NCBI GenBank assembly: GCA_963422395.1
Contig: OY729431.1
Location: 480,001-544,000 of the forward strand
Length of the DNA stretch: 64,000 bases
DNA from: Vicinamibacteria bacterium
Lineage (GTDB): Bacteria; Acidobacteriota; Vicinamibacteria; Marinacidobacterales; Marinacidobacteraceae
Reading direction: 5' to 3'
In this document: in pieces, positions 51,373 through 61,166 of the stretch
How positions within the stretch are numbered: the stretch's first letter is position 1
Layout of the letters: the number at the start of each line of letters is the position of its first letter
Made by a program: the position numbers and the translations under genes
Notes under the pieces: model-generated
Database searches by the model: none
Seen by the model: the letters and a program-made list of their open reading frames with translations, nothing else
What the model was told of the DNA's origin: nothing

Positions 51373-52197
51373 ATGAACGACGAAGCGCTGCGGCGGCTCC
51401 TGGGTCAGGTCGCCGCCGGCGAGGTCGCTCCCGGCGATGCGGAGCGCCGGCTGCGCCTCCCCTTCGAGGCGATCGGCGAGGAGGGGGAAACGCCGTTTGC
51501 GCGGCTCGACCACTATCGCGAGTTCCGCCGTGGGTTCCCCGAAGTCGTCCTGGCTGAGGGAAAGACTGCACCGCAGGTCGCGGCGATCGTTCGGGCGCTC
51601 TCCCGGACGGCCGGGCAGACGCTCGTGACCCGCGCTTCCCCGGAAGTCGCCGAGGCGGTCGCCGGCGCGGTGGAAAGCGCCGAGTGGCGTCCCGAAGCCC
51701 GGGCGATCGTGGTGTCCCGCGTTGCTCCCGAGCCGCTTCACGCCCGGGTCGGGGTCGTTTCCGCCGGAACCTCGGACATTCCGGTCGCCGAGGAAGCGGC
51801 GCTCACCGCCGAGCTGATGGGCGCCGAAGTTCGGCGTATCTTCGATGTGGGAGTCGCCGGCCTCGGGCGGCTGCTGGCCGAGGCGCCGGGATTTTGGGAT
51901 CTGCACTCGTTGGTGGTGGTCGCCGGCATGGAGGCGGCGCTCGCCCCGGTGGCCGCCGGCCTCGCGCCCTGTCCGGTGATCGCGGTCCCGACCTCCACCG
52001 GCTACGGGGCGTCCTGGGGGGGCCTCACTGCGCTCCTGTCGCTGCTCAACAGCTGCGCCCCCGGCGTCACCGTGGTGAACATCGACAACGGTTTCGGCGG
52101 CGGTTACGCCGCCGCTCTCGCGGTCGCGCACTTCCGCCGGCTGGAGTCCCGACATTCCGGGAGCCCGACGATTCCCGATCGCCTCGAACGCCGGTGA
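51373..52197 (+). CDS. larB: Nickel pincer cofactor biosynthesis protein LarB
   Basis: ARLDHYR..RRGFPEVV..EGK, AGTSDIPVAEEA, DVGVAGL, AGMEAAL, PTSTGYGA, NSCAPGVTVVNIDNGFG. Confidence 0.93.
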   Translation: MNDEALRRLLGQVAAGEVAPGDAERRLRLPFEAIGEEGETPFARLDHYREFRRGFPEVVLAEGKTAPQVAAIVRALSRTAGQTLVTRASPEVAEAVAGAVESAEWRPEARAIVVSRVAPEPLHARVGVVSAGTSDIPVAEEAALTAELMGAEVRRIFDVGVAGLGRLLAEAPGFWDLHSLVVVAGMEAALAPVAAGLAPCPVIAVPTSTGYGASWGGLTALLSLLNSCAPGVTVVNIDNGFGGGYAAALAVAHFRRLESRHSGSPTIPDRLERR

Positions 52198-53557
52198 GGA
52201 GCGCGGCGGCGACGACGGGGAGGTATTCGGCGATCCGGATCCAGGGCGGCAGCGACCATTCGAGGCCCGCCGGAGTGTTCCAGAGTGCGTGGTAGCTGAG
52301 CGCCGCGGTCAGGGTCAGGGTGAGTCCGGCGGCCAGCAGGCTGCGGCGTTCGGGGTGGAGGATGAGGAAAGGCAGCGACCAGAGGAGGTACCAGGGATGG
52401 GCGACGGGAGTGAGGAGGAAGGCGCTCCCGGAGAGGACGGCGATGGCGAGAGCGGGCGGCGTTCCCCGGAGTGCCAGCGCGGCGCCGGCGGCGGCCAGGA
52501 TGCCGAGAGTGATCGGGCGGGCGGCCGCCCCGAACGCCGCTTCGGTCAGGAAGAAAAGGCTCTCGTTGAAGCGCCAGTGCCGGGCGTAGAGCGAGAGGCT
52601 GAAGAGGAATTCCCCGGCGCGGGCGGCGAAACCGTCCCGGAACCGTTCCGGGGTGAGAAACGGCAGCAGCGGCAGGGCGGCGGCAGCAGCCGACACCGCG
52701 AGCAGCAGCGCCTTCCGGCGGACTCCGGCGGCGGCCCGGACCAGGAAGGGCAGGAGGGCGAACCCGGCGAGCTTCGCCATCCCGGAAAGCGCGGCGAGGC
52801 CGGCTCCGGCGGCGAGTCTCCCCCGTTCGGCAGCGAGCACTGCGAGAGCGAGGAGCGCCACTCCGAGAACGTCGGCGTGTCCGCTCCCCGCGATCTCGGT
52901 GAGAGGCAGCGGATTCCAGGCATACCCGACGATCAGCAGGGGGTTCCGGTCCCGCCTCCTCAGCAGGCCGAGGAGTGCCGCGATCAGGATCGCTTCGACG
53001 GCCACGAACGCCCCTTTCAGCGCCAGCGGCTTCGGTGATGCTGCCCCGACCGCTGCCCGGAAGAGTTGGGCGAGTGCCGGATCGATGGCCGGCAGTTTCC
53101 AGAATCCCACCCGGGCGCGGAGCTCGGGAAAGGTCTCCCGCAGTTCGCCGAGCACCGGGTGGTCGGGAGGGTGGGCCCAGGGATCGTGACCGGCGAGGAC
53201 GACCTGCCCCTCCCAGACCGAGCGGTACAGGTCGTCCGAGAGGACCGGCGGAGTCGGCAGCAGGAAGATGCGCAGGAGCGCCGCAGCCCCGAGCACGATC
53301 GCGAGTTCCCGCCCGCCCGAGCGCGCGGACCCCCGGAGGACCGCCACGACGACGATCCCGAGCGGGACGAAGAGCGCCGCATGGAGCCCGAAGTGCCAGG
53401 CTAACCCGGCCCGGGTGGCGAGCGCCGCGCCCAGGCCGGCGGCGAGGACGACCTGAACCGCGCCGAGTCCGAGGAGATGCCGGCGGCTCAGAATTCCTGG
53501 AAACCCCGGACCGATCGTCGGAGGAGCCGCCGCACTCTCGGACGGATCAGCCGGCAT
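52067..53557 (-). CDS. GT-C membrane glycosyltransferase (GT87/DUF2029-like)
   Basis: LSDDLYRSVWEG...GHDPW..PP, YAWNPL..EIAGSGHAD, WRFNES, HPWYLLW; many TM helices. Start estimated; 3' end overlaps larB. Confidence 0.8.
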   Translation of the reverse strand: MPADPSESAAAPPTIGPGFPGILSRRHLLGLGAVQVVLAAGLGAALATRAGLAWHFGLHAALFVPLGIVVVAVLRGSARSGGRELAIVLGAAALLRIFLLPTPPVLSDDLYRSVWEGQVVLAGHDPWAHPPDHPVLGELRETFPELRARVGFWKLPAIDPALAQLFRAAVGAASPKPLALKGAFVAVEAILIAALLGLLRRRDRNPLLIVGYAWNPLPLTEIAGSGHADVLGVALLALAVLAAERGRLAAGAGLAALSGMAKLAGFALLPFLVRAAAGVRRKALLLAVSAAAAALPLLPFLTPERFRDGFAARAGEFLFSLSLYARHWRFNESLFFLTEAAFGAAARPITLGILAAAGAALALRGTPPALAIAVLSGSAFLLTPVAHPWYLLWSLPFLILHPERRSLLAAGLTLTLTAALSYHALWNTPAGLEWSLPPWIRIAEYLPVVAAALLTGVRGDRESSGSRNVGTPAGGSARPRERRRNRRRNRCRCSPR

Positions 53558-53849
53558 CGCCAACGGGACCGACTTGGGACCGTCCGCATCTCCCACTCGG
53601 GAACTCCGCACGGGTGGCAACCGACCGCCGGGGGAGCCGAATCCTGGTTCTGGTGGGTCGTCGCCGGCATTCCAGGAGGATCGAGCGAATGCGGGGAGCT
53701 CCGCGCCGCCGTTGCCGCTGGTGACCGCCTCCGGGAGTGCCCACGCCCACGGATTGCGGATCGTAACTGTCGGCGGCGGGCCCCGGCGGGGGGGTGATCG
53801 GGCCCTCGCTCTCGCCGGACGCGGCCTGCGCAGACACAATTCCCTCAGG

Positions 53850-55412
53850 ATGCTCCTCGCCGACGCGGTCCTGACCGCGTACTTCACCGTTCTACTCCTC
53901 CTCGCGCTCTACGGATCGCATCGCTTCCGGCTGCTCTTCGGCCTGGCCCGCCACGGGGCGGCTGCGGCCGCGGCGGCGGAGCGGCTCCGCGCCCGGGGCG
54001 CCCCGCTGCTCGAACGGGATCCGCCGCCGGTGCTGGTGCAGCTCCCGGTCTTCAACGAGAGGTATGTGGTGGAGCGGCTGATCCGGGCGGTGGCAGCGCT
54101 CGACTACCCGAAGTCCCGGCTCGCGGTGCAGATTCTCGATGACTCCACCGACGACACCGGGGCCATCGCCGACCGGGTGGCGGCCGAATGCGCGGCTGCC
54201 GGCCTCGAGATCCGGCGGCTCCATCGGCAGGACCGCCGGGGCTTCAAAGCGGGGGCGCTCGCCGCCGGCCTCCAGGCTTCCGAGGCGCCGTTCGTCGCCA
54301 TCTTCGACGCCGATTTCGTCCCGAAACCCGATTTCCTCCGCGCTACCCTCCCCTGTCTGCTCGCCGACGAGCGGACGGGCTTGGTCCAGGCGCGCTGGGA
54401 GCATCTGAATCGGGACGATTCCATCCTGACCGGCGTCCAGGCGGTCCTGCTCGACGGGCACTTCATCGCCGAGCACGGTGCCCGCCACGCGATGGGCTGC
54501 TTTTTCAACTTCAACGGCACCGCCGGGGTCTGGCGCCGTTCGGCGATCCGCGATGCGGGCGGCTGGGCGGGGGACACCCTGACCGAGGACCTCGACCTGT
54601 CCTATCGGGCGCAACTCCGGGGCTGGCGTTTCGTTTTCCTGCCAGAAGTCGCGGCCCCTGCGGAACTGCCGGTTTCCATGGGTGCGTTCAAGGCGCAGCA
54701 GCGCCGCTGGGCCAAGGGCTCTTTCCAGACGGCGCGGAAATTGCTGCCTCAGGTGCTCGCTTCGCCGCTGCCGATCCGGGTCCGGGTCGAGGCGTTCTTC
54801 CACCTGAGTGCCAATCTGGCCTACCCGCTGATGTCCCTGCTCAGCCTGTTGATGGTTCCCGCGCTGTTCGTCCGGGTGGACACCGGCCTCCGGGAGATGG
54901 CGCTGCTCGACATCCCCATCTTCGTCGCGGCGACGATTTCGGTGGTTTCCTTCTACGCGGTGTCCGAGCACCGGGTGTTCCACCTCGCTCCCGAGGCGGG
55001 GCGGGGCCGGCTCCTCCGGCGGCTGCGCCATCTTCCGGTGAGTCTCGCGGTCGGCATCGGTCTTTCGTTCAGCAATGCTGCCGCGGTCCTCGGGGGAGTG
55101 ATGGGCCGCCGGACGCCGTTCGTCCGCACTCCGAAGTACGGGATCGTCCGATCGGACCGAGGGGAGAGCCGCCCCTGGATCCGGAAGTCCTATCGTGCCC
55201 ATGAGGGCGCGATCCTGTTCCTCGAGTTGACCGTCGGCGCGGTGATGGCGGCTGCCACCCTCTATGCGATCCTCGAGGGGGTGATCGCTTCGGCTCCGTT
55301 CCTGCTGCTCTTCGCCGTCGGATACCTCTATGTGGGAGGCCGTTCGCTCGCGGAGTCGCGGCGCCGGGCCGCACCCGGAAGTGCTGCGGTTCGAAGCGGG
55401 ATTTCCGGATGA
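53850..55412 (+). CDS. GT2 processive glycosyltransferase (cellulose-synthase-like, CslA-type)
   Basis: VQLPVFNE, DDSTD, KAG, FDADF, QARW, FNGTAG, TED, QQRRW (QxxRW), FVRTPK. Confidence 0.92.
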   Translation: MLLADAVLTAYFTVLLLLALYGSHRFRLLFGLARHGAAAAAAAERLRARGAPLLERDPPPVLVQLPVFNERYVVERLIRAVAALDYPKSRLAVQILDDSTDDTGAIADRVAAECAAAGLEIRRLHRQDRRGFKAGALAAGLQASEAPFVAIFDADFVPKPDFLRATLPCLLADERTGLVQARWEHLNRDDSILTGVQAVLLDGHFIAEHGARHAMGCFFNFNGTAGVWRRSAIRDAGGWAGDTLTEDLDLSYRAQLRGWRFVFLPEVAAPAELPVSMGAFKAQQRRWAKGSFQTARKLLPQVLASPLPIRVRVEAFFHLSANLAYPLMSLLSLLMVPALFVRVDTGLREMALLDIPIFVAATISVVSFYAVSEHRVFHLAPEAGRGRLLRRLRHLPVSLAVGIGLSFSNAAAVLGGVMGRRTPFVRTPKYGIVRSDRGESRPWIRKSYRAHEGAILFLELTVGAVMAAATLYAILEGVIASAPFLLLFAVGYLYVGGRSLAESRRRAAPGSAAVRSGISG

Positions 55413-55978
55413 CCCGCCTCACGGAACGCGGCCTCTTCTTCGGCGCCGGACTTCTTTTCGGCGCGGCGCTCGGCTTTCTCGCAAGCCGCACCCCCGAGCC
55501 GTCGAGGGCCCCGCCCGGGGTCGGCGCCGCTGCCGAACCCGAGGCGCGCCCCCTGGATCCAGGCCGGATGGAGGCACTGCTCGCCGAAGTCGAGGCCCGC
55601 CCGGAAGACCCGGCGGCGCGCGCTCGAGTCGGCGATCTCCATCTCGAAGCGCGCGCATTCCGCGATGCGGTGTACTGGCTGCAACAGGCGAGGAATCTGG
55701 ATCCGGCCGACCCCGATATTCGAAGCCGGCTGGCTTTCGCGCTCTTCGGTCTCGGCGAGGTGTCCGGCGCTGCTCGAGAGTACGAAGCGGCGCTGGCCGC
55801 AGATTCCGAGCACTTTCCCAGCCTCCTCGGCCTCGGCCGCCTTCGCCTCTACGCGGAACAGGATCTCGCTGCCGGCCTCGCGTTGTGGGAGAGGGCGATC
55901 GCAGCCGCCCCGGATTCTCCGGGAGCCGCCGCTCTCCGGGCGGAGATCGAGGCGCTCCGCTCGGCCCACCCCGAGTAG
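55409..55978 (+). CDS. Membrane-anchored tetratricopeptide repeat protein
   Basis: N-terminal TM segment followed by TPR-like helices; ATGA overlap with the GT2 stop. Confidence 0.75.
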   Translation: MTRLTERGLFFGAGLLFGAALGFLASRTPEPSRAPPGVGAAAEPEARPLDPGRMEALLAEVEARPEDPAARARVGDLHLEARAFRDAVYWLQQARNLDPADPDIRSRLAFALFGLGEVSGAAREYEAALAADSEHFPSLLGLGRLRLYAEQDLAAGLALWERAIAAAPDSPGAAALRAEIEALRSAHPE

Positions 55979-55996
55979 AAATATCTGTCGCTGGGA

Positions 55997-57904
<1,908 letters not shown>

Positions 57905-57912
57905 TCAGACGC

Positions 57913-58950
57913 ATGAACCCTCTCCCCCTTCCGGACTTCTTCGACTCCGAGCGCGTCGGCCAGCTGTACCGGGTCCCGTATCAGGACCGCGCCCGCACGG
58001 CGCGCCGCTGGGCCGGCGTCCATGGGCTGCGGCCCGCTGCCCACGACGCGCCGCGGGTGGGTCTGCTGCTCGTGGACTGTCAGAACACGTTCTGTCTGCC
58101 GGGCGGGGAACTCTTCGTCGCGGGGCGCTCGGGGCTCGGTGCGGTGAAGGATTCGTGGCGTCTCTGCCAGTTCCTCTATCGTCATCTCCAGCGGATCACC
58201 GAGATCGTGCTGACCCTCGACACCCACACGGCGATCCAGGTGTTCCATCCGCACTTCTTCCGGGATGCGAACGGAGAACCGCCGCCTCCCTATACGCAGA
58301 TCACCGCCGGCGATCTCGAAGCGGGCCGCTACCGGGTGAACCCCGATGCGGCAGCGGCGGCGGGCCTCGACGCCGACGGGCTCGCGCGCCACGCGCTCCA
58401 CTACTGCCGCCGTCTCGAGGCGAAAGGCAAGTATTCGCTGGTCATCTGGCCGTACCACGCCATGCTCGGGGGAGCCGGTCACGCGCTCGTTCCCGCGATC
58501 GAGGAAGCCGTCTTCTTCCATTCCATCGCCCGTTCCGCCCAACCGGTATTCGAACCGAAGGGGCGGAATCCGCTGACCGAGAACTATTCGGTGCTCCGTC
58601 CCGAAGTCCTGGAGGGCGCAGACGGCGCGCCGATCGCCGAGCCGAACCGCGAGCTGCTGGACCGGCTGCTCGGTTACGAGGCCCTCCTGGTCGCCGGGCA
58701 GGCGAAGAGCCACTGCGTCGCCTGGACGGTCTCGGACCTCCGGGACGAGATCGCGGCCCGGGACCCGCACGGCTCGCTCGGGCTCGCCCGGCGAGTGTTC
58801 CTGCTCGAAGACGCAACCTCTCCGGTGGTGGTTCCGGGCGCGGATTTCACCGATGCCGCGGACGCTGCATACGCCGATTTCGAGCGTGCCGGCATGGTTC
58901 GGGTGCGAAGCACCGACCCACTCGAGGATTGGCCCGGCTTCCCGATCTGA
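57913..58950 (+). CDS. Long-form isochorismatase-family cysteine hydrolase, probable nicotinamidase (PncA-like)
   Basis: LLVDCQNTFC, TLDTH, WPYH, KG, GQAKSHCV, LLEDATS; adjacent to pncB. Confidence 0.85.
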   Translation: MNPLPLPDFFDSERVGQLYRVPYQDRARTARRWAGVHGLRPAAHDAPRVGLLLVDCQNTFCLPGGELFVAGRSGLGAVKDSWRLCQFLYRHLQRITEIVLTLDTHTAIQVFHPHFFRDANGEPPPPYTQITAGDLEAGRYRVNPDAAAAAGLDADGLARHALHYCRRLEAKGKYSLVIWPYHAMLGGAGHALVPAIEEAVFFHSIARSAQPVFEPKGRNPLTENYSVLRPEVLEGADGAPIAEPNRELLDRLLGYEALLVAGQAKSHCVAWTVSDLRDEIAARDPHGSLGLARRVFLLEDATSPVVVPGADFTDAADAAYADFERAGMVRVRSTDPLEDWPGFPI

Positions 58951-60179
58951 GCGCCGAACCACCGGTCGCGTCCCTCCTCGATGTGGACTTCTACAAGTTC
59001 ACGATGGGGCAGTTCGTCTTTCGACACCACCCCGGGGTCGTCGTCCGTTACCGGTTCACCTGCCGCACGCCGCGGGCGAATCTTCCCGGCCTCGTTCCAG
59101 CGGAATCCCTTCGGGACGCCCTCGATGCCGTCCGGTCGCTCTCCTTCACTCGGGCGGAACTCGATTACTTGAGCGGTCTGCCGCCGGATGGGCTCTTCGG
59201 GAGCGATTTCCTCGCCTTTCTCGCCCGTCTCCGGCTTCCCCCCGTCCATCTCGAAGTCCGGGGGGGCGCCTTCCGACTGGAATTCGAGGCTCCCTGGCCC
59301 GAGGGGATCCTCTGGGAGACGCTCATCCTTTCGACGGTCAGCGAATTGCTCGGCCGCGCCGCGCTCGCAAGAGGGGGTGCTGGCGCCGGTCGGTCGGCGC
59401 TCGAGACCGGCCGCGAGCGCCTCGCCCGGAAGGTCGCGGTGCTTCGGGAGCGGCCCGGAATCCGCTTCGCCTCCTTCGGCACCCGGCGTCGTTTTTCGCG
59501 CGCCTGGCAGTTCGAGGCAGAGAGTCGGTTGGCGCGCGCCGTCCCCGACCAGTTCGTCGGTACTTCCTGTGTGGCCTCGGCGTTCCGGCACGGGCTCGCT
59601 CCGGTGGGCACGATCGCCCACGAGATATTCATGGTCGGCGCGGTGCTCGGCGGAACCTCGGACGAGGGCATCCGGAATTCCGGCCGCCGGGTGTTGGACT
59701 CCTGGTGGGGGATGTATGGAGAGCCCTTCTCGATCTTCCTGACGGATACCTGGGGTTCTGCGTTCTTCTTCGCCGATACCGGGGCCGCTCGGGCACGCCG
59801 TTTTCGCGGCCTCCGCCACGATTCCGGGGATCCCGCCGCCTTCGGCGAGCGGGTGATCGGCTGGTACGAGGGATTCGGCGTCGATCCGCGCCGGAAGTCG
59901 CTGGTGTTCAGCGACGGGCTCGAACTGCCGGAGATCCTCGCGCTCGACCGGCGTTTTTCCGGCCGTATCGCGGTTCGCTTCGGGTGGGGAACGAACCTCA
60001 CGAACGACTGCGGTTTGCCGAACTACTCGCTGGTGGTGAAGCCGGTCCGGGCAGGCGGCATCCCGCTGGTCAAGCTCAGCGACGACGAGGGCAAGCGCAG
60101 CGGCGCCGGCGCCGAGATCGCCCGCTACCGCCGTATCTTCGGCGCGGGACCGGGCGATTTCCGCATCTCGAAATCCTGA
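58947..60179 (+). CDS. pncB: Nicotinate phosphoribosyltransferase (probable CTG start)
   Basis: SLLDVDFYKFTM, FGTRRRFS, GTS, GTIAHE, DTWG, RHDSGDP, FSDGL, FGWGTNLTND, VKLSDD. Confidence 0.93.
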   Translation: MSAEPPVASLLDVDFYKFTMGQFVFRHHPGVVVRYRFTCRTPRANLPGLVPAESLRDALDAVRSLSFTRAELDYLSGLPPDGLFGSDFLAFLARLRLPPVHLEVRGGAFRLEFEAPWPEGILWETLILSTVSELLGRAALARGGAGAGRSALETGRERLARKVAVLRERPGIRFASFGTRRRFSRAWQFEAESRLARAVPDQFVGTSCVASAFRHGLAPVGTIAHEIFMVGAVLGGTSDEGIRNSGRRVLDSWWGMYGEPFSIFLTDTWGSAFFFADTGAARARRFRGLRHDSGDPAAFGERVIGWYEGFGVDPRRKSLVFSDGLELPEILALDRRFSGRIAVRFGWGTNLTNDCGLPNYSLVVKPVRAGGIPLVKLSDDEGKRSGAGAEIARYRRIFGAGPGDFRISKS

Positions 60180-60201
60180 TCCCGGTTCGACCGCCGAGCG
60201 G

Positions 60202-61131
60202 TCAACTGCGGGGGTGGGTGCGGGTGTACACCTCGAAGAGCTTCGCGGTCGAGACATGGGTGTACTTCTGGGTCGTCGCCAGGCTGGAATGGCCGAGCAG
60301 CTCCTGGATCGCCCGCAGATCGGCGCCGCCGTCGAGCAGGTGGGTGGCGAAGGCGTGGCGAAGGGTGTGCGGTGACACCGCGCCGGCGAGCCGGGGAAGC
60401 CCCGCTTCGCCGAGATAGCGCCGCACGATGGTGCGCACCGACCGGTCGGAGAGCCTGCCGCCCCTGGCGTTCAGGAAGAGCGCATCGGGCTCGCCCCGCT
60501 TTCCGAGCAACCCGGTCCGGACTCGCAGCCAGGACGAAAGCGCATCGGCGGCCATCTCCCCGAAGGGGACGATTCGCTCCTTGCCGCCCTTGCCGAATGC
60601 CCGCAGGATGCGCTGGCCCGGATCGATGTCCGGAAGGTCGAGGCCGACGAGTTCGGAAACCCGGACGCCGGTTCCGTAGAGAAGTTCCAGAATCGCAAGG
60701 TCTCGCTGGCCGAGTGGAGTTTCCGGGTCTGGGGCGTGGAGCAGCGCCTCCACTTCGTCCTGCTCCATCCGGGTCGGAATCCGTTCGGGAACCCGCGGCG
60801 TCCGGAGGGACCGGGACGGATCTCGGGATACCGTGCCGGACCGGGTGAGATAGCGGTAGAGCGAGCGCAGTGCGGCCAACTTGCGGGCCACCGTGGAGCG
60901 GGACAGACCTCGCCCGTGGAGAGAGGCGAGGAAGGCGCGGAGCCGGCCTCCGTCGAGTCCTGTGGTGGTGGAGCTCCGGGATTCCTCGTCTCTCGGGCTG
61001 GCGCCGGAGTCCCGAGCGGCGAGGAACGAAAGGAACTGCTCGAGATCGCTCCGGTAGCTTCGGACGGTGTTCGGGGAGGCCCCCTGGCGCTGGGCGAGAT
61101 CCGCCAGAAAGCTCTCGACCAGCGGCCGCAT
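60202..61131 (-). CDS. xerC: Tyrosine recombinase XerC
   Basis: SPNTVRSYRSDL, RDLAILELLYGTGVRVSE, GKGGKERIVP, PHTLRHAFATHLL, QELLGH, TQKYTH; follows topA. Alternative TTG start at 61170. Confidence 0.9.
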   Translation of the reverse strand: MRPLVESFLADLAQRQGASPNTVRSYRSDLEQFLSFLAARDSGASPRDEESRSSTTTGLDGGRLRAFLASLHGRGLSRSTVARKLAALRSLYRYLTRSGTVSRDPSRSLRTPRVPERIPTRMEQDEVEALLHAPDPETPLGQRDLAILELLYGTGVRVSELVGLDLPDIDPGQRILRAFGKGGKERIVPFGEMAADALSSWLRVRTGLLGKRGEPDALFLNARGGRLSDRSVRTIVRRYLGEAGLPRLAGAVSPHTLRHAFATHLLDGGADLRAIQELLGHSSLATTQKYTHVSTAKLFEVYTRTHPRS

Positions 61132-61166
61132 CGGGGAGGGCGGCCCGGTCTTGGAGCCCGCCGGGG

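Noticed and set aside
60202-61131. Tyrosine recombinase as a phage or island integrase
   Set aside because: Sequence and the dprA-topA-xerC context indicate housekeeping XerC; no att site or cargo is visible.
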